Assembly: GCA_965602855.1 (NCBI GenBank)
Contig: CBFCZV010000006.1
Coordinates: forward strand, 13,181 to 77,180
DNA: 64,000 bases
From: an uncultured Gammaproteobacteria bacterium
GTDB lineage: Bacteria; Pseudomonadota; Gammaproteobacteria; SZUA-229
Direction of reading: 5' to 3'
Made by a program: the position numbers and the translations under genes. This document shows, one piece after another, positions 22,180 to 31,450 of this stretch; the stretch's first letter is position 1, and each line of letters starts with the position of its first letter. The notes beneath the pieces are model-generated. The model was given only the letters and a program-made list of their open reading frames with translations, ran no database searches and was not told where the DNA came from.

Positions 22180-23814
22180 TTAATTGTCTGATATGTAACC
22201 AAATTCTTGAATATATTTATCAAGAAATGGAGCAACCGATTTAAAATTCTTCCTGTAATTCATCCACTTATTGATTGAGCTGTTGTAAATTGGTTTTGTA
22301 ACCCCCTGATAACTCGGCGTAAACACATGCCCTGCCTTAGAGGAACTATGAAAATTCAGCACGGTTTCGTTCCAGTCCACACCAACAAAAGTTAACATTC
22401 TTCTAGCGGCTTGCTCAAGATCTTGCACAATATCTTCATAGCGCGTCTCAATAAAATCAATATTCAGGACTTTTATGTAGTGCATCCATAACCCCATTAC
22501 ACTGGCATAAAATCTGGCGGTATCTTCAAAATCAAGGAACTGACGCATCGCCTGATTATAGGTAAATGTCTGCGTGTAACAACTAAGACAAACATCTCTG
22601 GGGTCACGAAGCGCAAGTAACACACGTGAGTCATAAAATACCCGTGAAATGAACCCAAGATGTATAATATTCAACGGGAGTTTGTCCAGCAAGAATTTGT
22701 TCTTGTCAATGACGACATTCAGGCTGACTTGCATCCTTTGTATATAGACACTTCTTAACAAAACAACTTCATCATTATTCAAACTACCCAGGTCTTCTGG
22801 ATACGTGAACGGTCGTTTAATAATCTTTGAAATAGCCCTTATCATCCGGGGCAATATGGGTAACTCATGTGTAGCTATGATATCAGGATGCGACTCAAGT
22901 ATTCTCTCTGTTAGTGTCGTGCCCGAACGTGGAAACCCCACCAGAAAGATAATATTAAGCCCTTCGTCTTCTACATCAGCAATAGGCCAATTATTCACCA
23001 TATCACTGCTGATAATATCGACATAGCTATCGATTTCTGATCGATATGCTTCGAGCCCGTTTTCATTTTTCTGCTGAACGTACACCGACTCAAACCCCCT
23101 ATTTGCATCACCCAGCAACTTGAAGGCCATTTGATAATCACCGGTTTTATCGTACAAACGTGCTAGCTCTTTAGTAATAATCGCTCGGTGCTGAGGAGGT
23201 AAATTCATTTTCAGCAAATCCAGTAGCTGCTGCCTTGCTTGTTCGGTCTTTTTTTCACGCAAATCTAGCGTTGCTAATAGAAAAAGTGATTCAATATCTT
23301 TTGGCGCAGAATTCAGAGCTCTTTCAACATACTGACGAGCATCCTCTAATCTATGTGATTGCTCATATAGCTGCCCAATACAACGACAGGCCAGATGATT
23401 GGAAGGATCTAGCTTTAGAAGCTGTTTATAAATATCTATGGCTTCCTCAATCTGTCGTTCATATTTCAAACAATTTCCAAGATTTAAATAGATATCAAGT
23501 TGGGCAGGATTCTGTTTGATCGAGTTTGTATAGTGAATAATTGCCTGCTTATACTGTCCCCTGCCTTCCAGTAATTGTGCCAGCGCACGCTGAACGCGAT
23601 ACGTATAGTCTGCACGGGGAGCTAGAGCGAGTGATTTTTTCAGGCAGGACTCTGCCCTACCATTAATATCCAGACCACCATAAACAAAGCCCATAAGAGC
23701 CAGGTTTTCTGCATCCTTAGGTTTCTTTTTTCTAATTTTTTCAAGAATCTGTAACGCTTCTTGCGTTTTACCCTTGGCCAGCAAGGACTGTGCGCGGGTT
23801 TTGTCTTTGCTCAT
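22180..23814 (-). CDS. TPR-containing sulfotransferase (divergent subtype, first of array)
   Basis: TPRs, IFLVGFPRSGTTL, DKLPLN, RDPRD and TPSYQGV; clearly more distant from the other four. Confidence 0.9.
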   Translation of the reverse strand: MSKDKTRAQSLLAKGKTQEALQILEKIRKKKPKDAENLALMGFVYGGLDINGRAESCLKKSLALAPRADYTYRVQRALAQLLEGRGQYKQAIIHYTNSIKQNPAQLDIYLNLGNCLKYERQIEEAIDIYKQLLKLDPSNHLACRCIGQLYEQSHRLEDARQYVERALNSAPKDIESLFLLATLDLREKKTEQARQQLLDLLKMNLPPQHRAIITKELARLYDKTGDYQMAFKLLGDANRGFESVYVQQKNENGLEAYRSEIDSYVDIISSDMVNNWPIADVEDEGLNIIFLVGFPRSGTTLTERILESHPDIIATHELPILPRMIRAISKIIKRPFTYPEDLGSLNNDEVVLLRSVYIQRMQVSLNVVIDKNKFLLDKLPLNIIHLGFISRVFYDSRVLLALRDPRDVCLSCYTQTFTYNQAMRQFLDFEDTARFYASVMGLWMHYIKVLNIDFIETRYEDIVQDLEQAARRMLTFVGVDWNETVLNFHSSSKAGHVFTPSYQGVTKPIYNSSINKWMNYRKNFKSVAPFLDKYIQEFGYISDN

Positions 23815-23870
23815 TATGTATGTAGGAATAACTGGTGATCAATCTAGGAAGATAACATTTTACAGCTCAT

Positions 23871-23904
23871 AAAAAAACGGGTACCCAAAGGCACCCGTTT
23901 CTTT
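23871..23904 (-). terminator. Rho-independent terminator of the VPLPA-CTERM gene
   Basis: Minus strand ACGGGTGCC-TTTG-GGTACCCGT followed by a T-run. Confidence 0.8.
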
Positions 23905-23961
23905 AGCCTGAAATATTATGGTACGAAATTAATGTACCGAATACCTCATTAAGTTTAATTA

Positions 23962-24732
23962 TTAAACTTGTGCTTTTTTACGACGTGCTACACCAACTAG
24001 ACCCAGAAGACCTGAACCGAACAGCCATACTGCAGCTGGCACTGGCACTGGCACTGGCACAATCGTACCAGAGAATGAAGGTGACTGACCTGGGAACGGA
24101 GATGTTACCATCGCAGTACCGGCGTAAGTATCACCATCTGAGTCAACAGAAACGACATCAGCAGGCCCAGTCATTGGGTTACCAGCAACAACCTGCAACA
24201 CGGCTAATACTGGAATATCTTCATTAGTAGACCAGTCGAAGAAGGTGTGCGCAGCGAACATACCAGGCAACAGATCGTAAGAATAACCACCACCAGCGGT
24301 AGCTGTATCGAGAGAACCCAGCTGCGCATAGCCTGCGAGTACTTCATCAGTACAATTATCGATAGAGCCAGCAACTCTACAAGTAACTGACTCAGTACCA
24401 GTCCAGAAAGTATTAGTAACCCAGTCAAAAGACTGCGCTTCAGCGGCTGTTGAAGTACCACCAAACATAGTGCTGTGGAAAGTCATTGCGTTAACATCAG
24501 CAACCCATGTAAGACCATTGAAAGGTGTTGACGTAGTAAACTGACCAGCACCGTTAACCAGGTCAAATGCACCCTGAACGTCGTTGTGACCAGACGCCAG
24601 ATCAACTACACCAGCTGCATCGGTAAAGACGAAAGTACCGTCAGTCATTGTGTGTGTTGTTGCAGCCTGTGCTGCACCAGCTGTCAGTACAGAAGCGATT
24701 GCTAATGCTACTTTAGTTTTTGTATTAATCAT
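23962..24732 (-). CDS. VPLPA-CTERM (PEP-CTERM-class) sorting-domain surface protein
   Basis: Signal peptide (AAQA/A) and C-terminal VPVPVPAAVWLFGSGLLGLVGVARRKK; Thr/Ala/Gly/Asp-rich, nearly Lys-free mature region. Confidence 0.93.
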   Translation of the reverse strand: MINTKTKVALAIASVLTAGAAQAATTHTMTDGTFVFTDAAGVVDLASGHNDVQGAFDLVNGAGQFTTSTPFNGLTWVADVNAMTFHSTMFGGTSTAAEAQSFDWVTNTFWTGTESVTCRVAGSIDNCTDEVLAGYAQLGSLDTATAGGGYSYDLLPGMFAAHTFFDWSTNEDIPVLAVLQVVAGNPMTGPADVVSVDSDGDTYAGTAMVTSPFPGQSPSFSGTIVPVPVPVPAAVWLFGSGLLGLVGVARRKKAQV

Positions 24733-24822
24733 AAATATCTCTCATTAAGCTAAAATTTTAGTTCTATTAAGTTTTACAACCAGGAACATTTTAAGACCAT
24801 CGTTAAAACTCACAAAAGACAA

Positions 24823-24838
24823 AGCAATTATCATGCCG
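24823..24838 (-). promoter_or_regulatory. Sigma-54 (-24/-12) promoter of the VPLPA-CTERM gene
   Basis: Minus strand CGGCATGATAATTGCT has GG-N10-GC with TTGC, about 90 bp upstream of the ATG; a sigma54 activator (prsR) is in the locus. Confidence 0.8.
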
Positions 24839-24934
24839 CATCATATTTTTCTATTTAAAAACATAGAGTTATCACATTGACACGTATCACATACGTACAT
24901 ACACATAAATCAAAGAGCAACCCAATTGATATAT

Positions 24935-24951
24935 TGTAAATATTTCCGACA
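24935..24951. promoter_or_regulatory. Candidate PrsR enhancer box 1
   Basis: TGTAAATATTTCCGACA (TGT-N11-ACA) about 100 bp upstream of the -24 element; related copies at 25107 and 32836. Confidence 0.7.
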
Positions 24952-24992
24952 AAATAAATTGGCAAAGTTTAAAAGCAATATTTAAAAGCAAC

Positions 24993-25005
24993 AATCAATA
25001 AGTTA
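24993..25005 (+). promoter_or_regulatory. Candidate IHF site
   Basis: AATCAATAAGTTA matches WATCAANNNNTTR within a sigma54 enhancer region; the region is AT-rich, so a chance match is possible. Confidence 0.4.
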
Positions 25006-25106
25006 CATAATCATCATAAAAGCAACATCACCTTTCTTTCACCAAAAAAGCACATATAAAGTCTATTTTTCATATGGAATCATGCGCTTAACAAAAAAAA
25101 TGAAAC

Positions 25107-25123
25107 TGTAATATTTATCAACA
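25107..25123. promoter_or_regulatory. Candidate PrsR enhancer box 2
   Basis: TGTAATATTTATCAACA, same TGT-N11-ACA geometry as box 1. Confidence 0.5.
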
Positions 25124-25545
25124 TTTTCTAGTTAGGCTGTTTTTAAGCTATGAAAAATAATTAACTCTATTTCAAATAAATAGACATATTTAAGCTTAAG
25201 CATAATGCATATACCTTACTCGTTGATTAACAAAGTAAATTATATCTTACCCTGTACATGTATGAAATAAAATGTGTCTTTGTAAGCTTTGTCAAAGCTG
25301 TTTAATTAGCACACTCAGCAACCTGAAAAACCCCAACAAAATGTTATTATCTTTTTTTATTTCAAAGACCTATGTGACATTGCAATCTTACTTATAAAGT
25401 ACTCTGGAAAAAAAGGCAAAAATACCGTGCAACATATAGAAAATACTGGTTTAATACTGTGCTTATTACTAAAAGTGATCCTGTGTAGACGGGTAAATAC
25501 AAAAAACAAACAAAAACACAAATATGTGAAAGGGGTTTAGGAGAC

Positions 25546-26901
25546 ATGAAATTACGTAAATTGGCTGCAACTACAGCCATTGGGCTTGCGCTGGCATTGC
25601 CCGCTTCATCCCATGCCACTAACGGCATGTTTCTAATTGGCTTTGGAGCCAAGTCACGTGCTATGGGTGGAGTAGGTGTTGCTTATGCGCAAGATTCACT
25701 ATCTATAGCCTATAACCCGGCTAATCTGAGTGATATAAAACCACGTTTTGACCTGGGAGCGGATATCTTCACTCCACCACGTGCAGTCACTCACGAAAGC
25801 TCACTACTACCAGTCAACGACGCTACTCACCCTGTTCATCCTTCTGATCCATCAGGCGTAGCAACGAGTGACTGGTTTCTGATCCCGAATATAGGCTATG
25901 CTGATCGCTGGGATGACAAAATCTCCTATGGTATAGCTGTCGTTGGTGCTGGACTGCAGACCGAATATGACCAGACCACGCCCAACACCTTTTTTAACTT
26001 CAACGACCTCGCTACCAATGAAGTTGGTGTCGAGCTCATGCAGATCCAGATGCTGCCCAGTATTGCTTATAAGTTAAACGATACCCATACCTTTGGCGCC
26101 TCTCTTGCACTAGGTTTCCAGATGTTCAGAGCTGAAGGTCTTCAGGGTTTTGTTCAGCTTGGCTTTGCTAGTGCCGGTAGCGAAAACTATTTAACCAATA
26201 AGGACTGGGATTACTCATCCGGCGCAGGGATACGACTTGGCTGGAAAGGTCACTTCGGTAAACTACAGATAGGCGCCAATTACTCTTCAAAGGTCTTCAT
26301 GAGCCAGTTCGACGATTATAGCGGCCTGTTCGCTGAAGGAGGCCGTTTTAACATCCCGGAAAATTATGCTATTGGTATAGCATACAAAGCAACACCAAAA
26401 ATTAACGTGGCATTTGATATTCATCGAACGCTCTATTCTGGTGTACCTTCAGTCTCCAACCCAGGACCAAGTGCAGCTGATCCATCGGATTTTAACCCAC
26501 TCTGCCCCGGTGTTGACACCAACGAATGTAAACTTGGTGGTAGTATGGGCATGGGCTTTGGCTGGAAGGATTCCACCGTATTCAAACTCGGTGCCGATTA
26601 TGAGTACAGTGAAAAGTGGATATTCCGCGTAGGTTATAACTATGGAAAATCCCCTATTCCTGAAGATCAGGTTTTATTCAACATGCTGGCACCAGCAACA
26701 CCTGAGCATCATATTACTTTCGGCGCCACTTATGGATGGAACAGAAACATAGAAATAAGCTTTAACTTCATGCACGCTTTTGAAAACACCATTAAAGGAC
26801 CAACATCATTTGGTCCAACTCAGGCTCCTGTAGATGGCAGCAACGCGTCAATTGCCATGCAGCAAAATTCTTTTGGCGCCAGCCTGGGATGGTTATTCTA
26901 A
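25546..26901 (+). CDS. OmpP1/FadL/TodX-family outer-membrane beta-barrel
   Basis: Signal peptide, ATNGMFLIGFGAKSRAMGG hatch motif, NPA and C-terminal aromatic (WLF). Confidence 0.9.
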   Translation: MKLRKLAATTAIGLALALPASSHATNGMFLIGFGAKSRAMGGVGVAYAQDSLSIAYNPANLSDIKPRFDLGADIFTPPRAVTHESSLLPVNDATHPVHPSDPSGVATSDWFLIPNIGYADRWDDKISYGIAVVGAGLQTEYDQTTPNTFFNFNDLATNEVGVELMQIQMLPSIAYKLNDTHTFGASLALGFQMFRAEGLQGFVQLGFASAGSENYLTNKDWDYSSGAGIRLGWKGHFGKLQIGANYSSKVFMSQFDDYSGLFAEGGRFNIPENYAIGIAYKATPKINVAFDIHRTLYSGVPSVSNPGPSAADPSDFNPLCPGVDTNECKLGGSMGMGFGWKDSTVFKLGADYEYSEKWIFRVGYNYGKSPIPEDQVLFNMLAPATPEHHITFGATYGWNRNIEISFNFMHAFENTIKGPTSFGPTQAPVDGSNASIAMQQNSFGASLGWLF

Positions 26902-26974
26902 TGAACCAATCTAGCCACACGTACGTTATAAGCAAATCAAAAATATTGGCTCCTGTTAATGGGAGGAGAATTAC

Positions 26975-29900
26975 ATGTTAAATTTAAGAAAAACGATTAT
27001 TGCCACAGCAATAAGCACTTCATTATTCACCACAGGCGCAGCCCAAGCTGCTGTCGGTGATTTTACCGGCACATTCGTCTTTATTAATGCGATAGGCGAA
27101 ATTGGTGCAGGTCCCAACGCCACGGTTTATGGACTACCCACTGATCCAGGCACCCTGGGTCTGACCCAGCCTTTCTGGGCAGGTGGCCTTGATTTCAACG
27201 GCACACCCGCAGGCTTCACCGACGACACACTATTCACCGGTGAGCAATGGTTCGCTGATGTCGATACTGTTTATTATTACGACCCTACCGGTGCCGCTAC
27301 ACAGAACCGCACACACACATGGACTGAAGAACAATATTGGACCGGATCTGCAGCAGTTACTTGTCGCATTGGTGTAACAATCAATAATTGCATTGATGAA
27401 CAGACTGCCGCTGCAGCAGACCCAGGCTATTTCTTACTTGGTACCAGTACAAACAGTTACACTTTCGATCTAACCGCTGAAGGCCAGTTCGCCATGGCGC
27501 TATTTTTTGACTGGTCCTCAAATGAAGATATTCCTGTGCTCACTGGACACCAGATCACAGCCTACAGTAGCGGAACAAATACCATTACTATTGGGCAGTC
27601 TTTAGACATAGGCGATACAGCACATGGTGGTACTTACGAGGATGGTACTGAAATGGTAACTGCCCCCTTCCCGGGTCAAACACCAACTTTCTACGGTGAT
27701 GTAGAGGTTCCAAGCACTGGCCTGGCGCCATCAATTACCGCACAAAGCGCTATCAGTATTGGTGATAACGACTCAAGAACAATTGCTCTGGCAGATGTCA
27801 CCGTCACCGGCAGCACCGTATTTCCTGCCAGCCTGTACTCTCCCAATGTGACGCTGAGTGTGCAGGATGGCACAGGCTATACGCGTACAGGTAACGCTAT
27901 AACACCGACTGTTGAACCCGCCGTTTCAACTCCTATTACCGTTCCGGTAACAGTGACCGACAGCCAGTTTGGCACCAGTGCAACATACAACATGACAGTG
28001 ACTGTCACTGCCGCCGCTGATGCGCCTGTGATTACAGACACGGCCCCAGCCACAGCGGCTGAAATTGGCGGCTCGGTATATTCATATAATGCAGCAGCTA
28101 CTGATAATGATGGTGATGGTGTAACATATTCACTGGCATTTGACGGTGGTACAGGTGCAGACTTACCTGGATGGCTGACATTTACGGGTAGTACTCTATC
28201 TGGCACACCTCTACTGGCTGATGCAAGCACCGTAGTAAGCAATATTGTGATTACAGCCACCGATGATAGTGGCTCAGCTTTAACTGATTCTGTAGGCCCA
28301 TTCAGCATAACGGTGGTTAATACAAACACTGCTCCGACAATTACTGATACACCTCCAGCAAGCGTCGATCAGGATGTACTTTACTCATTCACACCAACTA
28401 TCGTTGATCCCGATCAACCAAGTGATGTTCTAACTGTAACATTTGATAATCTGCCTTCCTGGATAACAATATCAGACTCTTCTACAGGAGAAATTTCTGG
28501 TACGCCGAGTAATAGTGATATAGGAACTACCTCTAATATCAACATAACCGTAACTGATGCGATTGGCGCATCCGCGTCACTTGGCATATTCTCGATTACA
28601 GTTGATAACGTTAATGATGCACCTACTATTTCGGGCACACCTGCAACACTGGTCAATGAAGGCGATCTGTATTCATTTACGCCTGATGTAAATGATATTG
28701 ATGCTAATCCTGCTGATACCCTGACATTCGATATCGTCAATAAGCCAACCTGGGCAAATTTTGATACCGCTTCGGGAACGCTTGATGGAACACCAACTGC
28801 TACAGATGCTGGAATCACAACAGGTATTATAATTACAGTTAGCGATGATGGCGCGCCAGTACTCAGTAATTCGCTGGCTGCGTTCTCAATTACCGCGAAT
28901 TCAGCACCACAAGCTGATAATGATTTGTTCTCCACAGCTGTGGATACAACGATTAATGACAACCTCTCAGCGAATGACCCTAATGGTGACGCCATTACTT
29001 ACACCATGGTTACAGATGGTGTTAATGGTATGGCAACAGTCAATATAGATGGCTCCTTCAGCTTTGTTCCTAATGCTAGCTTTGAAGGACAAGATTCATT
29101 CACCTATAAGGTCAATGATGGCAATATGGATTCTGATATTGCAACCGTCACTATATATATAGGTACATCAAACACCGTCGAGTACAAGGCTAGTAACTTC
29201 ACTATGCTAGATGGCAGTGGCGCTAATGCTAACGGTGGCTCTAATGATGTTGCCGCTACCTGGAATGGTGTAACCACAACAGATGTTGCGGATACTAACT
29301 TCAGTAATATGACCATTGCTTCCAATGAACCCTTCTTTGGTGAAATTTGGACTGCACATCATATTCGGGTCTTTGGTCCGGGTACTTACACCTTCGATAG
29401 CACTTGTACCGTCGCGGAGCTTGAGGCAGGAACAACCGTCTGTGATAACCCTCTGCAGGTTAGTCTAGGTCAAACAGAGCAGTTCATGACTATGACAGTA
29501 GCTGAAGGTCAAATTGGTGCACACATGCTGTTCGACTGGAGCGTTAATACCGACATTGATGTAGTCAACGTTTACAACGTCAATGATGTATTCACTACCA
29601 GCGCACCAGGTGGCCTCTGGACAGGTGCTGGCTATGGCTCATACCCATGGTCCGGTGCACCTGATCCAGCCACTACCAAGTGGCGACTAGCGAGCACCGA
29701 CAATGATGGTGATGGTATTGCGGGTGTATCCATGGTCGATGGTGCCTTTATTGGCTTTAATGCTAACTTCAACCTAGATATTGTTGAGAGTGATAGTAAC
29801 TTCACTATGCTAGATGGCAGTGGCGCTAATGCTAACGGTGGCTCTAATGATGTTGCCGCTACCTGGAATGGTGTAACCACAACAGATGTTGCGGATACTA

Positions 29901-30538
29901 ACTTCAGTAATATGACCATTGCTTCCAATGAACCCTTCTTTGGTGAAATTTGGACTGCACATCATATTCGGGTCTTTGGTCCGGGTACTTACACCTTCGA
30001 TAGCACTTGTACCGTCGCGGAGCTTGAGGCAGGAACAACCGTCTGTGATAACCCTCTGCAGGTTAGTCTAGGTCAAACAGAGCAGTTCATGACTATGACA
30101 GTAGCTGAAGGTCAAATTGGTGCACACATGCTGTTCGACTGGAGCGTTAATACCGACATTGATGTAGTCAACGTTTACAACGTCAATGATGTATTCACTA
30201 CCAGCGCACCAGGTGGCCTCTGGACAGGTGCTGGCTATGGCTCATACCCATGGTCCGGCGCACCTGATCCAGCCACTACCAAGTGGCGACTAGCGAGCAC
30301 CGACAATGACGGTGATGGTATTGCGGGTGTATCCATGGTCGATGGTGCCTTCATTGGCTTTAATGCTAACTTTAATCTGTTTGTTGGGTCAGGAGAAACC
30401 AAGGAAGTTACTCCAGAGCCACATTCGGTACAGGACACCAGGATTGATTCTGCTCTTGGATCCATCGGGCTTTCTATTCTTGCAGGGCTTTCAGGAATGA
30501 TCTTGCTATTAAGAAGGCGAGGCGTTATAAATGGTTAA
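26975..30538 (+). CDS. Large secreted surface protein with Ig/cadherin-like repeats, duplicated C-terminal domain and TM+RRR tail
   Basis: Signal peptide; NTAPTI/NDAPTI-YSFTP-LPxW-GTP Ig-like repeats; D-S-F-T-Y cadherin-like repeat; two 201-aa-period domains; tail ALGSIG-hydrophobic-RRR resembles GlyGly-CTERM. Confidence 0.85.
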   Translation: MLNLRKTIIATAISTSLFTTGAAQAAVGDFTGTFVFINAIGEIGAGPNATVYGLPTDPGTLGLTQPFWAGGLDFNGTPAGFTDDTLFTGEQWFADVDTVYYYDPTGAATQNRTHTWTEEQYWTGSAAVTCRIGVTINNCIDEQTAAAADPGYFLLGTSTNSYTFDLTAEGQFAMALFFDWSSNEDIPVLTGHQITAYSSGTNTITIGQSLDIGDTAHGGTYEDGTEMVTAPFPGQTPTFYGDVEVPSTGLAPSITAQSAISIGDNDSRTIALADVTVTGSTVFPASLYSPNVTLSVQDGTGYTRTGNAITPTVEPAVSTPITVPVTVTDSQFGTSATYNMTVTVTAAADAPVITDTAPATAAEIGGSVYSYNAAATDNDGDGVTYSLAFDGGTGADLPGWLTFTGSTLSGTPLLADASTVVSNIVITATDDSGSALTDSVGPFSITVVNTNTAPTITDTPPASVDQDVLYSFTPTIVDPDQPSDVLTVTFDNLPSWITISDSSTGEISGTPSNSDIGTTSNINITVTDAIGASASLGIFSITVDNVNDAPTISGTPATLVNEGDLYSFTPDVNDIDANPADTLTFDIVNKPTWANFDTASGTLDGTPTATDAGITTGIIITVSDDGAPVLSNSLAAFSITANSAPQADNDLFSTAVDTTINDNLSANDPNGDAITYTMVTDGVNGMATVNIDGSFSFVPNASFEGQDSFTYKVNDGNMDSDIATVTIYIGTSNTVEYKASNFTMLDGSGANANGGSNDVAATWNGVTTTDVADTNFSNMTIASNEPFFGEIWTAHHIRVFGPGTYTFDSTCTVAELEAGTTVCDNPLQVSLGQTEQFMTMTVAEGQIGAHMLFDWSVNTDIDVVNVYNVNDVFTTSAPGGLWTGAGYGSYPWSGAPDPATTKWRLASTDNDGDGIAGVSMVDGAFIGFNANFNLDIVESDSNFTMLDGSGANANGGSNDVAATWNGVTTTDVADTNFSNMTIASNEPFFGEIWTAHHIRVFGPGTYTFDSTCTVAELEAGTTVCDNPLQVSLGQTEQFMTMTVAEGQIGAHMLFDWSVNTDIDVVNVYNVNDVFTTSAPGGLWTGAGYGSYPWSGAPDPATTKWRLASTDNDGDGIAGVSMVDGAFIGFNANFNLFVGSGETKEVTPEPHSVQDTRIDSALGSIGLSILAGLSGMILLLRRRGVING
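29191..30372 (+). repeat. Near-perfect intragenic tandem duplication (29191-29769 vs 29794-30372, period 603 bp)
   Basis: Direct comparison found only three differences, all synonymous and all in the last ~120 bp. Confidence 0.95.
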
Positions 30539-30555
30539 TCTATTAGCCATCTGAT

Positions 30556-30594
30556 AAAAAAGAACGCCGCGATTATTCGCGGCGTTCTTTTTTT
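30556..30594. terminator. Bidirectional rho-independent terminator
   Basis: AAAAAAGAACGCCGCGA-TTAT-TCGCGGCGTTCTTTTTT, a perfect stem with A/T tails. Confidence 0.92.
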
Positions 30595-30819
30595 CAGACT
30601 GTGTAAATTTTCTACCCGATTTTTTTCAATCAACAACAAGCTCGATTACTTATAGACAAATTTGCTAACCTTCTGATTGCTTGGCAAGTACTGTTGCCCA
30701 TAGTTAGGACTGGTAGCCAGTAAAAATAAGGAGTTATTTTCTGTTTTATAATTATTTAAAACAGAGATGACAGGCTATGACTAGAAAACGTAGAAACCAT
30801 TCAGCAGAACTCAAAGCCA

Positions 30820-31220
30820 AGGTAGCCCTCGAATGGGAAACTTATTATGATGGTCTCGGATGAAGACGTACTTTAGTCTGGGTCGTTAGCAAAGTACTTT
30901 GCTGCCTTTTTTAATATATCCCGTTCCTCCGTAACGTGGCGAAGCTCAGCCTTGAGCTGGGCAATCTCAGCTTGATCATCAGTCTTATTAGACACAGCTG
31001 AAAGTGGTTTCACCATAACGCTTCAGCCAGGCATACAAGCTGTGTGTGGTGGTTCCTGGTCGTTCAGCCGTATCTGCAACAGAATAACCCCGTTCTTTGA
31101 CTTGCTTGATGGCTTCTATTTTAAATTCTTCCGTGTGTCGTTTGCTGCTGTTCATAAAAACACCTCTCATAGAGCTACATTTTAACGCTATTGGGTGTCA
31201 AGCAAAGTCTGGGAAGTCCA
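30820..31220 (-). mobile_element. Truncated IS3-family element (frameshifted orfA, start of orfB)
   Basis: End begins TGGACTTCCC at 31220. orfA reads MNSSKRHTEEFKIEAIKQV, then after a frameshift QAEIAQLKAELRHVTEERDILKKAAKYFA*; orfB start KYVFIRDH breaks off. Confidence 0.85.
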
Positions 31221-31450
31221 GTATCTATATTTTTTCAGAGGCCTAAATATCAATCGACCAAACCAGGTGTGGGCTGCGTATATCCCGATGGACAAAGAAT
31301 TTACCTACCTAACGGTAATTTATGGATTGGTACACCGCAGAATTTAGTCCTGGTGCCTGACAAACAGACTTGATAGTAGTTTCTGTGTGGATGCGCTTGA
31401 AGAACCACTGCACTATGTTTTCAGCATAAACCTGGTATCGATAAAGTCAT

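Noticed and set aside
24038-24060. (GGCACT)n repeat
   Set aside because: It simply encodes the VPVPVP linker of the sorting signal.
25410-25465. Possible sigma54 promoters for the FadL gene (GGCAAAAATACCGTGC, GGTTTAATACTGTGC)
   Set aside because: GG-to-GC spacing is 12 and 11 nt, not the required 10.
27691-30465. Long antisense ORFs within the adhesin gene (e.g. 28414-28995, 27877-28329)
   Set aside because: Shadow ORFs from biased codon use and the duplication; no protein motifs.
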